Assembly: GCA_043228905.1 (NCBI GenBank) | Contig: JBHGNT010000009.1 | Location: 18,724,001-18,788,000 of the forward strand | DNA from: Azolla caroliniana | Lineage: Eukaryota; Plantae; Polypodiophyta | Reading direction: 5' to 3' | DNA: 64,000 nucleotides | Shown: positions 24,301 to 37,337 of the stretch, piece by piece | Layout of the letters: the number at the start of each line of letters is the position of its first letter | How positions within the stretch are numbered: the first letter of the stretch is position 1 | Made by a program: the position numbers and the translations under genes | The notes under the pieces: generated by a model | Database searches by the model: none | Told to the model about the DNA's origin: nothing | The model's input: the letters and a program-made list of their open reading frames with translations, nothing else

Positions 24301-27187
24301 ATGACCAATCGGATGAGGAACCAGCGAGTAGTGGAGACTCTGTCGTGCTCTCCCCGCGCAAGGAACCAAGGAGACGGCTCACTTGCAAAGAGAAGGGGAA
24401 GAAGAAGATGCCAGAATACAAAACCGGCAACGTTGAGTTGGATCGGAGTGAATCCGATACCGGAAAGGACCTGGCAAAGAAGGGCCCCAAACCGGGTAAT
24501 ACCAAGTTACGTCGGTCTTCCCGCCAGAAGAACCCTGTGACGCGGTACGGGTACAATGAGTACATGGCGCATCAGTATGCGTACATGACCAAGGTGGTGG
24601 AAGTGCGTGAACCGGGGAGCTACGCAGAAGTGGCAAAGGACGCACATTGGCATCCTGCTATGGAGGAAGAGATGTGGGCACTTGATGTCAACGACACATG
24701 GGACCTAGTTGACCCTCCCCGACACTATAAACCGATCGGATGTAAGTGGGTGTACAAGGTAAAGTACAATGCCGACGGTTCGGTTAACCAGTACAAGGCC
24801 CGGTTAGTGGCGAAGGGATACGCGCAAACCCACGGAATCAACTACGACGAGACCTTCGCCCCAGTAGCGAAGATGATGACGGTTCGTGTGATACTAGTAG
24901 TTGTTGTGGCAAGGGGGTGGCATCTTCACCAAATGGACGTGAAGAATGTGTTTCTTCAAGGCAATCTTGAAGAAGAGGTCTTTATGACCCAACCCCCCCG
25001 GTTTCCAGATGGAGATGAACAAGTCGGCGGTATGCCGACTGAAGAAGTCACTCTATGGCCTGAAGCAAGCCCCCCAAGCTTGGAATGCGAAGATCATGCA
25101 CCAGTTGCGTAAGATGGGGTTTGTAGCCTCCAAGTCCGACTTTTCGTTGTTCATCTAGCAAGGTCTGGATGGTCCAGTTTGCATTTTGCTATATATGTTG
25201 ATGATCTAGTCATCACCGGACCTGGACTCGATGAAATCAGCCGAGTGAAGTCCCAACTGTCGGACGCATTTGAGATGAAGGATCTGGGGGACCTTCACTA
25301 TTTCCTTGGGATCGAGGTGATCCGAACCCCCAACGGAATATTGCTCTCACAAAGACACTATGTGTTGAATATGCTCTACAAGTTCGGCATGATAGAATGT
25401 CGACTTGTCTCAACACCCCTGGACTGGAACCAGAAGCTCTGTCCCAACTCCGGACCGGCTTGCGATGAGAAACGGTTCTGACAAATTTTCGGAAGCCTTA
25501 TATATTTGACCATCACCTGACCCGACATCAGCTATCCGGCCAGTGTGATTAGCCAATTCATGCAGAAGCTGACTGTAGAGCATCTTCAGTGCGCGCACCG
25601 AATACTGCGGTATGTGAGCGGCACGAAGGACCGGGGATTGTTATACTGGCGAGGTATAACCGAAGAGCTAGTCGGTTACACGGATGCGAACTGGTCCGAC
25701 GATGCATCAGATCGCCGATCAACTTCCGGTTACATGTTTTCCCTACGTAGCACGGTTGTTGCATGCAGCAGCAAAAAGCAGCCAACATTGGCTCTGTCGA
25801 GCACTAAGGCTCAGTATCGGGGCGCTACCGTCGCCACCTGTGAAGCCATTTGGCTTCGGTGACTGCTACAAGACCTACGGATCAAGGTACCGACCCCGAT
25901 CCTGATCTACTGCGACAATATGAGCAGCATGCAGCTCGCCAAGAACCCCGTATTCCATGCTCGCACAAAGCACATAGAAGTGCACTATCACTTCGTGTGT
26001 GAGCGTGTCTTGAGCGGTGAAGTCGAACTTCGGTATGTTCATACAGATCGGCAAGTTGCTGACATCTTCGCCAAACCTCTCAGATCGGACAAGTTGCAGC
26101 ACTTCACCGAAATGCTTGGTGTTCAGCATCTCAACGTGCCACACTTGAGGGGGAGAACGGGCAAAGACACCGGAACAGGCAAAGGCAAAGAGACTCCCGA
26201 TTGTGCCGGTTAGGGAAGAACCGACAAAGGGGGAAACAAGAAGAAGAAAGGAGTCAAGTCCACAAAGGAAGTTGACACATCTGAACAAGTCTGAACAAGC
26301 GGCAGCAGAGGTAGGGTCAAGAAGGACAGAGTCGACCAGAAGAAGAAGGCCAAGACCCGGACATGGTCCGTTGTGGTGAAGGGAGCGACTGATTTGGACA
26401 AGAGCTCGAACGAATAAGAGACAACCGATTCGGTTCTACAAAAGGATTCGAAAGAACCGGATCAATTCAAGGCCAAGAGGACAAGAAAGCAGCGAAAGTC
26501 GACGCCAACATGAAGGAATCGGCGAATCGACAAGAGCCAAAGTCACATCAACAAGGGAGCTGAATTGGGCCTATTGAGCAGACAAGCCGACCGAGGAGGT
26601 CGAGGTGCGCAGGAACAGAAGGGTCGCGGCAAATGGGACCGGACCGGACGAGGAGCAGGAGCGAGGCGGAGTGACGCCAAAAGGAGCCAGGTGGAAGGAC
26701 CGGCTACCATGGAGACTGACACTACGATCTGACCTCAAGTTGAGCTTGAGGGGGAGTGTTGAGCGGCAAGCTCAACCGGATCCGGATCGACTGAATAAGC
26801 CTGAGCCAGATTGGCATCCGGAAGGATGAGCCGGATCAGTGACCCGGTAAGCTGGGGAGCCGGTTAGCCGGATCCATTAGTAACCGGAAGCCTAGTAGCA
26901 ACTAGACTACTAGGGAGTTAATAGTCTCATAGTCAGTGCCAGACGCTTGAGTGAGCATTGAAGTACGCGGTACTTCTGTCAGTCCTCTCAGGACTTGTTA
27001 AAATAGTGCTGTTGAGCACGTTTCATGTACAGAGTGTTGATGTAATTTTTGAATTTAGATTATATTTCTGCTCTCTCTGTCTCTCCCGAGTACTCTCTGT
27101 ATTCTGTGTATTATTCTCTCTCTCTCTTTCTCTCTACTGCTACGCAGCCAAGCTATTGTCTTACGCTTCCGCACATACGTTTTCACA
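21325..27187 (+). mobile_element. Full-length defective Bryco-like Copia (LTRs 21325-21771 and 26757-27187, TSD CCGAT)
   Basis: Matching LTRs; CCGAT at 21320-21324 and 27188-27192; iMet PBS at 21772; gag from 21885; PR WYVDSGASNHMT; INT, RT (YVDD) and RNase H with several stops. Confidence 0.93.
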
Positions 27188-27198
27188 CCGATTGACGT

Positions 27199-30100
27199 TG
27201 TCGTGTTGTTTCTCTTTCACGTAGGAAATAAGGCAGGATGGCGGGGGCCCTGAACCGAGGAGCAAGAGAAAGAAGGGGGGGGGGGGGAGAAGTGTGCACA
27301 CGTGGGGCCGGATAGGCCTGCTTACAGTCGATAGCGCTTGCTGGCTGAATGGACCACTAACGCGTATACCGACTGAACAAGATGCACGCTCGCGTAAAGG
27401 AGACTCACAAAAACATAGAGAGATGGAAACAGGAGATTCGAATCCAATATCAGTAAAGGTTACAGTGTTAGCAAGATTACAACCGGTTAGCCAGCAATAG
27501 ACCCAACCCAGACAATCACAGACCCACGCACACATGCAGTAGAGCCTCTGCCGGAAGCACACGGGCTTTCCTCGAAGCAAAGGCAACCGACTCAGAAAAC
27601 CTGCAGAGAACAAGGATAGAGGAGGAGAGAGCTCGGTTCCCAGTCCAACAACACCTCGTCCTCGCCAAAACGCGATCCCTTTTCAATCTTCTCCCCTTCC
27701 CTTTTATAGGCCGTCGGGGAGGGACCGTTACATCCTGGTCACATCACTTTTATTCTTTGTCCCTTTGGACAGAGATCCACTTCGATTTACTGGCCTATTA
27801 ATATATTCTTCCTAGGATATGCACATCACGTCGGCCTATCCCTAGTTATGTACAGAGTGTTGGTTTGAGTGCACACGCGTAAGTGCCGTTTCACGCGCTA
27901 AATTCCCTGATTCCACCTAAGGCCGGTTTTCTCCACGACATCCACCCCCACCAAACCGCGCATCCTCAGGCATGCGCCAGAGAGGGACAATTGCTGGAGA
28001 ATCCCGACTCATATTCACCCGTCGCTCTCCGAAACTTCACCCGCTCCGAACCGGTTGTCATCGTCGTCCTCGCCTCCCGGGTCCGGCTCGTCTTCATGCC
28101 ACTTCTTGGAGGCCTTGATTCTCTTCCCGGTTACCGGCACCGCTATCTGCATCCCATCGAGCTCCACAAGATGGTAAGTACTATTGTCGTTTGCGCTCGT
28201 TACGGTGTAGGGCCCGAACCACCTCCTCACAAACTTCTGCGTTGCCTTGTGCTGATTGTCGAGGCTACTGTCGTAAACCAGCACCCAGTCGCCTTCCTCG
28301 ATCTTCTTCGGCCGTAGCTGGTGCGTTCGGTCGAACTGGTCCTTGTTCCTCGCCCTCACCGCAAGCAGCTTTGCCTTAGCCCGTTCCACATCCTCCGGTC
28401 TTCGCTCGAGTTGTCGAATCCGCGCTGCCAACAGCTCCTCCCGGTTCATCTCGTCCTTCCAGTCCACCGCGGCCCAGGAAGAAATTGTCCGTTCCACTGA
28501 CATGATCGGCTTCTGCCCGTTCATCAGCTCCGCCAGCATGAACCCGGTCACCGAATTGTGCATAGTTCGGTCCGCCCATAGTGCGTAAGGTAGGAGTTGC
28601 GGCCAACTCCCGACTTGACCTTCACATGCGCGTACTAATGCCTTCATGATCGGTTCGTCACCGCACTCTACCTTCCCGTTTGCTTCCGGATTGTACGCCG
28701 TAGTGAGAGAGAGTTTAACCCCTAATCGGTCGAACAACTCTTTCAGCTCTCCCCTGTCAGCTACTATCTTTCCTATGCACCTGTATCGGCATACCACCTC
28801 TTCGATCAACAACCAGCACACGGCCGCAATCGTCTTGTTCTGTAGTGCGCGGCCCTCCACTTGATTCGTCAAATTCTCCCGCGCAAGCACCAGGTACCGC
28901 ATCTGCCCTACCCCCATCAGCATCGTCACTAGGTCTACCATCCACTTGAAATGAACGGTCAATGGGTAGGTTGGGTGCAACTCGTCTCGATGTCGGATCG
29001 CGGAGTGCATTGGATAGTTCTCGCACGTTGTTACGAATCGGTGCACGTCCCGGTACAACCCCGACCACCAATACTTCTCCTTCAGCTTCTCTAACATGCC
29101 CCATGTCCCGCGATGTCCAACCCAGGGACTCTCATGGTACGCCGTTAGCAACTTCTCTCGCTCTCCCTTTCCTGCCACTATGCGGAGTGGGATGCCGCCT
29201 CGCTTCTTCGGGTGCCTCCATATGTTCCCGTCCCGCAGGAAGAATTGGTACGCCTTATTCTGTATCTGGTTAGCTTTGTCTTTCGTCCATGCTGCGTCCG
29301 ACGTCATCGTCTTTAAGAACCTACCGATCTGGAGCCACTCCCCATCATGCCCTCATTGTCACGTAGGCTAGCTCGAAGAAGTCCACGCCGACTTCTTCGT
29401 CCTCCGAAACCATGCCGTCCTCGTCGTCGTACCGTGCTCTAGAAAGCATGTCGGCCATGGTGTTGTCTTTCCCGGAAATGTGTCGTATTTCCGGATTCAG
29501 GGACTTGATGTATGCGATCCAGTTGAGCATCATCAGGTCCGACGTAGCTCATTCGGAAACCATACCAAGGATCGGTAGTCAGTCCGTCTCGATTATTACC
29601 TCCGTCCCGATCAAGTAGTCTTTATCGGCCTTGACTACCGAAACGATACCCTAGAGTTCGCGTTTAACTTGGGAGTATCCTCGCTGCCGCTCACTTAACA
29701 CTTTTGCTCCGAACCAGATGGGGAGCCTCATTCCACTCTCGTCCTCCTAGTTGACCACCCATCCTATCCCGGTCGGGCTCGTGTCTACCGTAACATAAAT
29801 TGGGACGTCCTTGCCGTAAACCGCTTTCAGGAGTGCCGGTGCCGCGGTTAGCGCCTACTTCAGTCTACGAACCGACTCCGCATGCTCCTCGCCCCACTTG
29901 AATTTACGCCCCTTCTTCAGAAACCCGTAGAGCGGCTCCACGACGTGCGCGTAATGTGGAATCCAGATATGGTAGAACGCACACGCGCCCAAGAACCTCC
30001 GCACCTCCGTGACCAACTTGCATTCTTCCTTCATTACGGAGATGGCCTCTACCTTCGCAGGAGATGGTTTCCGGCTGTAAGGCCCACACAAGTGTCTGAC

Positions 30101-30984
30101 CACTAGGATCTCCGGCTGCCAAAAAGCCGACTTCTCTCCGGAGAAGGTGAGCCACACAACCTCTAGACTTTCGCTATCGCCGATGTGGTCCGCAACGAAT
30201 CTCCGGCAACCGTCCGGCCCAACTGATTCATCCTTCTCTTCCACTGGGCACCCTTTTATCATGATGTCATCCAAGAATGGCATGGTGACGTCCGGGATGC
30301 AATCCCTCAACCCATTAACCCGTCATCCATCTCCAGTAGGAGACCCACTTGATCTCGATCCTGCGCGTCCACGGCTTTGACAAACAACAAGACACGGCTT
30401 GTGTCCAGCACGGCTCTTTCCAGTGCCAAGAGCTGCGCGAAGTGTTCTTCAAACTCTCGGAGAAGCGCCGACACATTCCTCCCCTTTCCTGGGGTCTCCA
30501 CCCAATCCATGAAATCTCGCTTCGATAGCCAAAGCGCGTCATCGAGCCCGTACCTTTCGAGGAGCCACCCCTCGAACTCTTCCCAGGTCCGGCATCCGGC
30601 CTGCACCTCGAGCACCTCCGCGTGAATGCCTGGTGTTGCCACTCGAGGGAATTCGGCTAGCCACCCGTCTTCCGGAATGTCCCTCATCACCATCTCGGCT
30701 CGGTAGGACTCCAAATAGCTCGTGGTGTTCCTCCCACCGAACCAGCCTATTATGACGAAAATTGCTTCAATGGCCTTGTCGAGGGCGCCCGTGCCCTCGT
30801 GAGCACTTGCTATCCGATTGACTGCTACCGCCGCCATGGCTTCAGCGAGCTTCGATCCCCTCATCTTTGACTCCTCTACCACCTTGCTTAACGTCGGGTT
30901 CACCAAATTATGTCGTGTTGTTTCGCTTTCGTGTAGGAAATAAGGCGGGACCGCAGGGACCGTGAACCGAGGAGCAAGAGAAAG

Positions 30985-31015
<31 letters not shown>

Positions 31016-32324
31016 AGTGTGCACGCGTGGGGCCGGATAGCCCTGCTTACAATCGACAACGCTTGCCGGCTGAATGGATCACTAACACGTATACTGACTG
31101 AACAAGATGCACGTTTGCGTTGTCATGATGTGACGTGTTTAATGTGAGAAAAAGTGAAAATTTGAGGATACATGCACATTACACAAATACTTGTAAAAAT
31201 GAAAATAATAATAAATAAACCTAAGACATGATGGCACTGAGTGCATATTGAGGGTTGCAAGTAGGATTTGAACCTTGCACGTCTAAGATAAGAAACAATT
31301 ATCATGCCACTAAAGCTACTACTACATGCTTTACATTTTATATGTAATATTTTCTTTTCATATTCAGTATTTCATAGGTAGCAAACAGTCAAAACCGTGT
31401 ACACAAAACCATGGTTTTAAGCCCATGGTTTTGTGCATGTCATAAGCAAAACCATGTGCACAAAACCATGGTTTTGTGCATGTCACAAGCATGGAGAGAC
31501 CTATAAAAGCCTCTAGTTGGGCTGGTGTAAGGGGGGCTCAATATGTGATATCACCATCAATATAAAATTCTTCTTATAAATATACTTCTTATTTTTCTTC
31601 TTCTTTTACCGTCGATCAATATTATTATACATCTTATAATTGTCAATCTTTCGATCTTTTCAAAATGTGACATTGGTTTCCTTGACTCCTATCCACATCA
31701 TCAAATCTTTTCGACAAGTTCGCGAACGTCCTCTCCAGTTCGAGACCCTGGTGGTTCCGCTCAAGCTAACGCACACACGCGCATCTTCACAACATCGTAA
31801 AGGGAGACTCGCAGAAACACAAAGAGACGGAAATAGGAGATTCAAATCCAATATCAGTAAAGGTTACAGTGTTAGCAAGATTACAACCAGCTAGCCAGCT
31901 ATAGACCCAACCCAGACAATCACACACCCACGCACACACGCAGTAGAGCCTCTGCCGGAACCACACAGGCTTTCCCCGAAGCAGAGGCAACCTACAGAAA
32001 ACAAGGATAGAGGAGGAGAGAGCTCGGTTCCCAGTCCGACAACACCTTGTCCTCGCCAAAATGCGATCCCTTTTCAATCTTCTCCCCTTCCCTTTTATAG
32101 GCCGCCAGGGGAGGGACCGTTACATCCTAGTCACATCACTTTTATTTTCTGTCCCTTTGGACAGAGATCCGCTTCGATTTACTGGCCTATTAATATATTC
32201 TTCCTAGGATATGCACATCACACCGGCCTATCCCTAGTTATGTACAGAGTGTTGGTTTGAGTGCACACACATAAGTGCCGTTTCACGCACTGAATTCCAC
32301 CTAAGGCCGGTTTTCTCCATGACA
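27199..32324 (-). mobile_element. Internally deleted Trp-PBS Gypsy A (3' LTR 27199-27940; 5' LTR 30911-32324 interrupted by a solo LTR)
   Basis: Matching LTRs; PBS 30891-30905; gag N-terminus fused to RT (FLDD) at about 30307; RNase H; INT 28015-29307 with WFGPY and no chromodomain; TSD acgt/atgt. Confidence 0.9.
31121..31794 (+). mobile_element. Solo LTR inserted in the 5' LTR of element A
   Basis: tgtca...caaca ends; the host LTR resumes after it (compare 27381-27405); flanks gcgt/tcgt; TATA ctataaaag at 31501. Confidence 0.85.
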
Positions 32325-32788
32325 ATGTGCAGGAACCCGAACGGAGAGAAGAGTTGGCAGAGACATCCGAAAGAGAGCCAACAATGAGTGGAAGAAGATA
32401 CCCACTCAGAGAAAGGAAGGCACCGACAACATATGCCAGTCAATACATCCTCTTGACTGATGAAGGTGAACCCGAGTGCTATGAATAAGCCATTGCCGAT
32501 GAGCACAAAGCGAAATGGCTGAGCGCGATGCAAGATGAGTTGGAATCCTTGCACGAGAATTACACCTAGGACCAGGTAGAGCTGCCGAAAGGTAAGAGAG
32601 CACTCAGGAATAAATGGGTCTACAAGGTGAAGACTAGAGAAGCCGACAACGAGCCCAGATATAAAGCCCGCATAGTGGTGAAGGGTTTTCAACAAAAAAA
32701 GGGCATCGATTTCGACAAAATATTCGCACCAGTTGTAAAGATGACATGTGTGGTTGGTGGTTAATTAAAACCTCTTTAAAAGCCCACC

Positions 32789-35403
32789 ATGTGTCAACCG
32801 ACTGCTATAATAGTACACGACGTGCATGCGCGAGAATCAAGAAAAGGCGCCAAGCATGGAGAGACAAAACCTCCACCTCACAGAGTCCCTCTCATTTCGC
32901 AAGAACAGAGCACTAGGCGCACACAGCCGATTAAGAGTGATCAGATGATCGCAAGAGGAACGCGCAGACGTACTAATTCTACCAAGTTCCACAGACTCAA
33001 ACAGCGAGATGGAACACATAGCACTCTCGGAAGTGGCCAAGAAACGGTTCAAGCAACACGGGCTAGGAGGATTCCTAAGAATCGTCGAGCCACCTCCGCG
33101 GAGAAAGTCGTGCAAGAGATCAATACAAAGGTCATCACAGAAGAGGCCATCCGCACCATGACCGGCCTACCGGAGGGCGGATTATTCTGGATCGACAACC
33201 CTTCACCGGAGATGCTCACAAAGTTCTTCGGTGAGTACTCCCTAGCCAACAAGGCGTACCGCACGCAAGGCAGTGAGGACGCTCTATTCCGAGAGGTCGC
33301 TCGTGTGCTTCATGAGTATGGGCATTTACACCCTCGACCCCCGGCTATGCCAAAGAACAGAGCCGGTTTTATTATAGTGACTTATGAGGGCGTACAGGTA
33401 GATTGGTCGGTGATCATCGTTGACAGTCTGAGTGCGGCCATAGAATCAGTAAAGGATGGCAAGAAGATGTGGACGGCGGTGGCACAATGGCTCACTCTTT
33501 TAGCACCGCCGGTAGAGCCGATGCAGCCGAAGAAGCAGGGGCAACCGACTAAATCAACCCCCAACCAATCTTCAAAAAGGCAGCAACTACTGGCTAAACA
33601 ACCGATCGGATGGAAAGCGGTCGGCTCCTCACAGAAGGCAAAGGAGCTGCCTAGTCGGAAGCGTATGGCAGAGAAGGAGACACCGGTGGAACCACCGATG
33701 AGACCCTTAAAATTAAGTTGCGTCGGCCCGAACAACAATCAGCAACAACAAGAGCAAGACCCCTTGGCGGCGTTAATCAATAGCGGAACCCTAGTAGAGG
33801 ATCAGGAAGAAGAACTTGCCGAGCCCCTATTACGTCGCAAACAGACACGCGACGAGGGCCACAAAGGGGAGGAATCAAGTTCAGTAAGGGACAGTATACC
33901 AAAGCCCCGCCCCGAGGAACCGCAGCCAAGGAAGGAGTCAGAACCGGTTCAACCAGATCCGGTGTTAGTAGCACCTATGCGGCAAGAAGTAGTGGAACCG
34001 GATGTTCAAAACCGGTGATTGAATTGCCGGTGTCGCTAAAGCAGCAACAACAGCAAGAACAAGAACTACTGCTAAACACCCAGAATAGGTTCTCGGTGAG
34101 TGGGGAAGCTACACCACGCCCCGAACCGGCACGACAACAAAGCACCGGCAGCCAATGGCTACGGTGGATAGGAGAACAAGTGGCCGAGGTGGTGTGCCAC
34201 ATAGAAGAAGAGGAGAGAGCACACACGAACCGGTTGCTCGTCACAACCGAAGAACTAGAGAAGGCCCGGTCAAGAATCCGGAGCATGGAACAAGAAATGG
34301 AAAAGACCAGGGAAGAGGCGGCACTAGTGAGTGTATAGACTAATAAGACCCCGGTGACTGAAACAGTCCCAGATACGAATAAGGCACAAGAACAAGAACT
34401 CGCCGTGCTGAAAGAAGAATTGGAAGCCTAAGAGGCCTTAAGGGCTAGAGAACGTGAAGGAAGAAGGCAGCGGAGGAAGAACAAAAGAAATTAGTCGAAA
34501 GCCTTCGGCAAACTGAAGAAAGCCTGAGAAAAGGTCATCAAGCATATTACCGACTGAAGGAAAAAAAAAGAAAAACTCCTGCAGGAAAAGGACAAACACC
34601 AACACTCGGCGGAAGTAGAGATTGAGCGACTCAAGGAATAGCTCCGACAGCAAAAGGACTAGGAAGACCGTGCTCGCCATCTGATCAATCAAAGGCTAAA
34701 ACAAAAAACGGACGACTTTGATTGGCTGCACTAGGATCACAAACACTTGGATGTGGAACACAAGAAATGGAGCACCGAAAGTGACCGGCAGTAGGAGAAG
34801 TTACGGGAACTTCGGGATGAGGTTAACTAGACAGCAGCGGCCCTGGTGGAGGAATAATCGAAGGGGGGTGAAGCAGTGAAAAGACTAGCAGAAGTGGCGA
34901 AAGAATGGATGGAGCTGACCCGGCAGCACTCTGAGCCAACGGAACGCGCTACAATGGCTCTGAACAAAGTTCAGACGACCTATCAGTCGCAGCTCATGCA
35001 CGCAGCACTACAGAAGCCAAGAAGCGGCAACCGCGAGCCTCATCAAACAATTGAAAGACGAAAAACAGGCCGCGGAGAATAAGTCGAAGATGGGGTTGGG
35101 GCTAATCCGTGATCTGGTGCGAACATGGAGAGATCAGACGAAGAGACTGGTGGAAGAAAGTTCGGTTCAATGGTGGTCTCAATGGGCTAAGCAGGCAATA
35201 GACAATTGTTGAGAGCGGATGCGGAGAACCGGAGAAAGGACGGCGACGATTTCTATAAACTGGACGAGGAGAACATTGTAGCCAAAAAGGAGGAATTGTC
35301 GGACGACTTCTTATCGTTAGTCGGGGACCAATTGGCAGCGGTGAGGCGATTGGTGGAACAGCTGGACGATGACCAACTGGATACACAACTCCTGTTCGAG
35401 CGG
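32789..35403 (+). pseudogene. Antisense extra ORF of Tat-like element D, copy 3 (continues at 55659-56057)
   Basis: 409-aa ORF (ITEEAIRTMTGLPEGG...EGVQVDWSVII) followed by disrupted coiled-coil ORFs; reads LFER|YEREQRWQE after removing element B. Confidence 0.75.
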
Positions 35404-37337
35404 TGTCGCTTTGTTACGCGCGTGCGTGTAAGATGAGACAGGACCGCGGGGGCCCTAAACCAAGGAGCGTGAGAGAGGAGAGAGAGAGAGAGCGTTTGCT
35501 GAACACAGTGAACGAGAGAGAGAGAGCAAATAGAACAATTTGATTATAACACCAATAACGATTACAACCAGCACACCGGCAACGAACCCAATACGGGAGT
35601 CCACACACACACACACCGATGTCACACGCCAAGCACAGAAACGCGAAGGGAGAGCCTCTGATGGAAGCGCATGGGTTGTCCACGAAGCAGAGGCGACGAT
35701 CTCCAAAACCCGCAGAGAATGACAAGTAAAGGAGGAGAGGGAGAGCTCGGTACATGGTCCGGCAGCACTTCGTCCTTGCTAATTCATGATAACCTGTTCT
35801 TCCTCCTCTCCTCCCTTATATAGGTCGTTGGGGAGAGACCCTTCTCCGTCAATCACAGTCACATTACTTTATTCTCTGTCCCTTCAGACAGAGATTCGCA
35901 TCGATTTCCTAATAAATGTGTCATACCTAGTATATTTACATCAGCCGACCTATTCATAATTATATACAAGTTTATATATTCACGCCCCCACATGTAAGGG
36001 CCAGTTCGTACATGATTCCTCTTGATTCCTCCTAGGGGCAGTTTTCTCCACAACATCCACCCGCACCAAACCGCGCGTCCACCGGTACGCGCTAGATACA
36101 ACACTTGCCAGAGAAAACCGGTCCACTCTCACCCATCGCTGCCCGAATCATCACTCGTTTTGAGCCGGTCGTCATCGTCAGTCGCGCATTCTGGGTCTGG
36201 CTCTTCCTCTTGCCGCTTCTTGAATACCTTGACCCTTTTTCCTGCTACCGGCACTGCCATCCGTGTCCCGTCGAGCTCCGCGAGATGATACGTGCCATTG
36301 TCGTTCGCACTTGTTACCGTATAGGGCCCGAACCGCCTCTTCGCAAACTTATGCACCGCCTTGTGCTGATTGTCGAGGCTGCTGTCGTACACTAGCACCC
36401 AATCACCTTCCTCGATCTTCCTCATCCTCAATCGGTGAGTACGGTGGAACCGACCTTTGTTCTTTTCTCGTGTTGTACGCAGCCTTTCCTTCGCCCGCTC
36501 CACGTCTTCCGGTCTTCGCTCGAGTTGCCGGATCCTTGCTGCCAGCAACTCTTCCCGGCTCATCTCGTCCTTCCAGTCCATCGCGGCCCACAAAGTGATC
36601 ATTTTCTCCGCCGGCATGATTGGCTTCTGCCCGTACATCAGCTCCACTGGCATGAACCCCGTCACCGAACTGTGCGTAGTTTGGTCCACCCACAATGCGT
36701 AAGGAATGAGTCGCGGCCAGTTCCCGACTTGTCCTTCGCATACACGTACTAACGCCTTCACCATGGGCCCGTGACCACGCTCTACCTTCCCGTTGGCCTC
36801 CAGATTGTACGTCGTAGTGAGGGAGAGTTTGACCCCTAGTCGGTCAAACAGCTCTTCAGCCTCTTGCGCGTCTAGTTCTCCGTGGTCCACTACGATCTTC
36901 CCAACGCACCCGTACTGGCATACCAGATCTTCTATTAGAAACCGGCACACGGCCGCGGTCGTCTTGTTCTATAGTGCGCGGCCTTACACTTGATTCGTCA
37001 GGTCCTCTCGGGCCAGCACCAGGTACCGCATCTGTCCTACCCCCATCGGCATAGTCGCTAAATCCACCATCCATTTGAAGTGGACGATTGGTGGGTAGGT
37101 CGGATGAAACTCGTCTCGATGTCGGACTGTAGAAAGAAAGAAAGAAAGAAAGATGTATTAACGTCTTCTAAGGCCAAATTTGGCCCATGAGACAATTGGT
37201 TTACAACAATAGAGTATTTATCCAGTCATCATAACTAAAATAAAATTAAGTAAAAAAAAATAGAACTTAAACTAAAAGAGTTCTAGTAGTGTACAATATG
37301 TAGTATACTCGAAAGTGACTATACACTAAGCCTAATT

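Noticed and set aside
27430-27446. B-box-like gattcgaatcc in the LTR of element A
   Set aside because: No A-box at the right distance and no tRNA arms.
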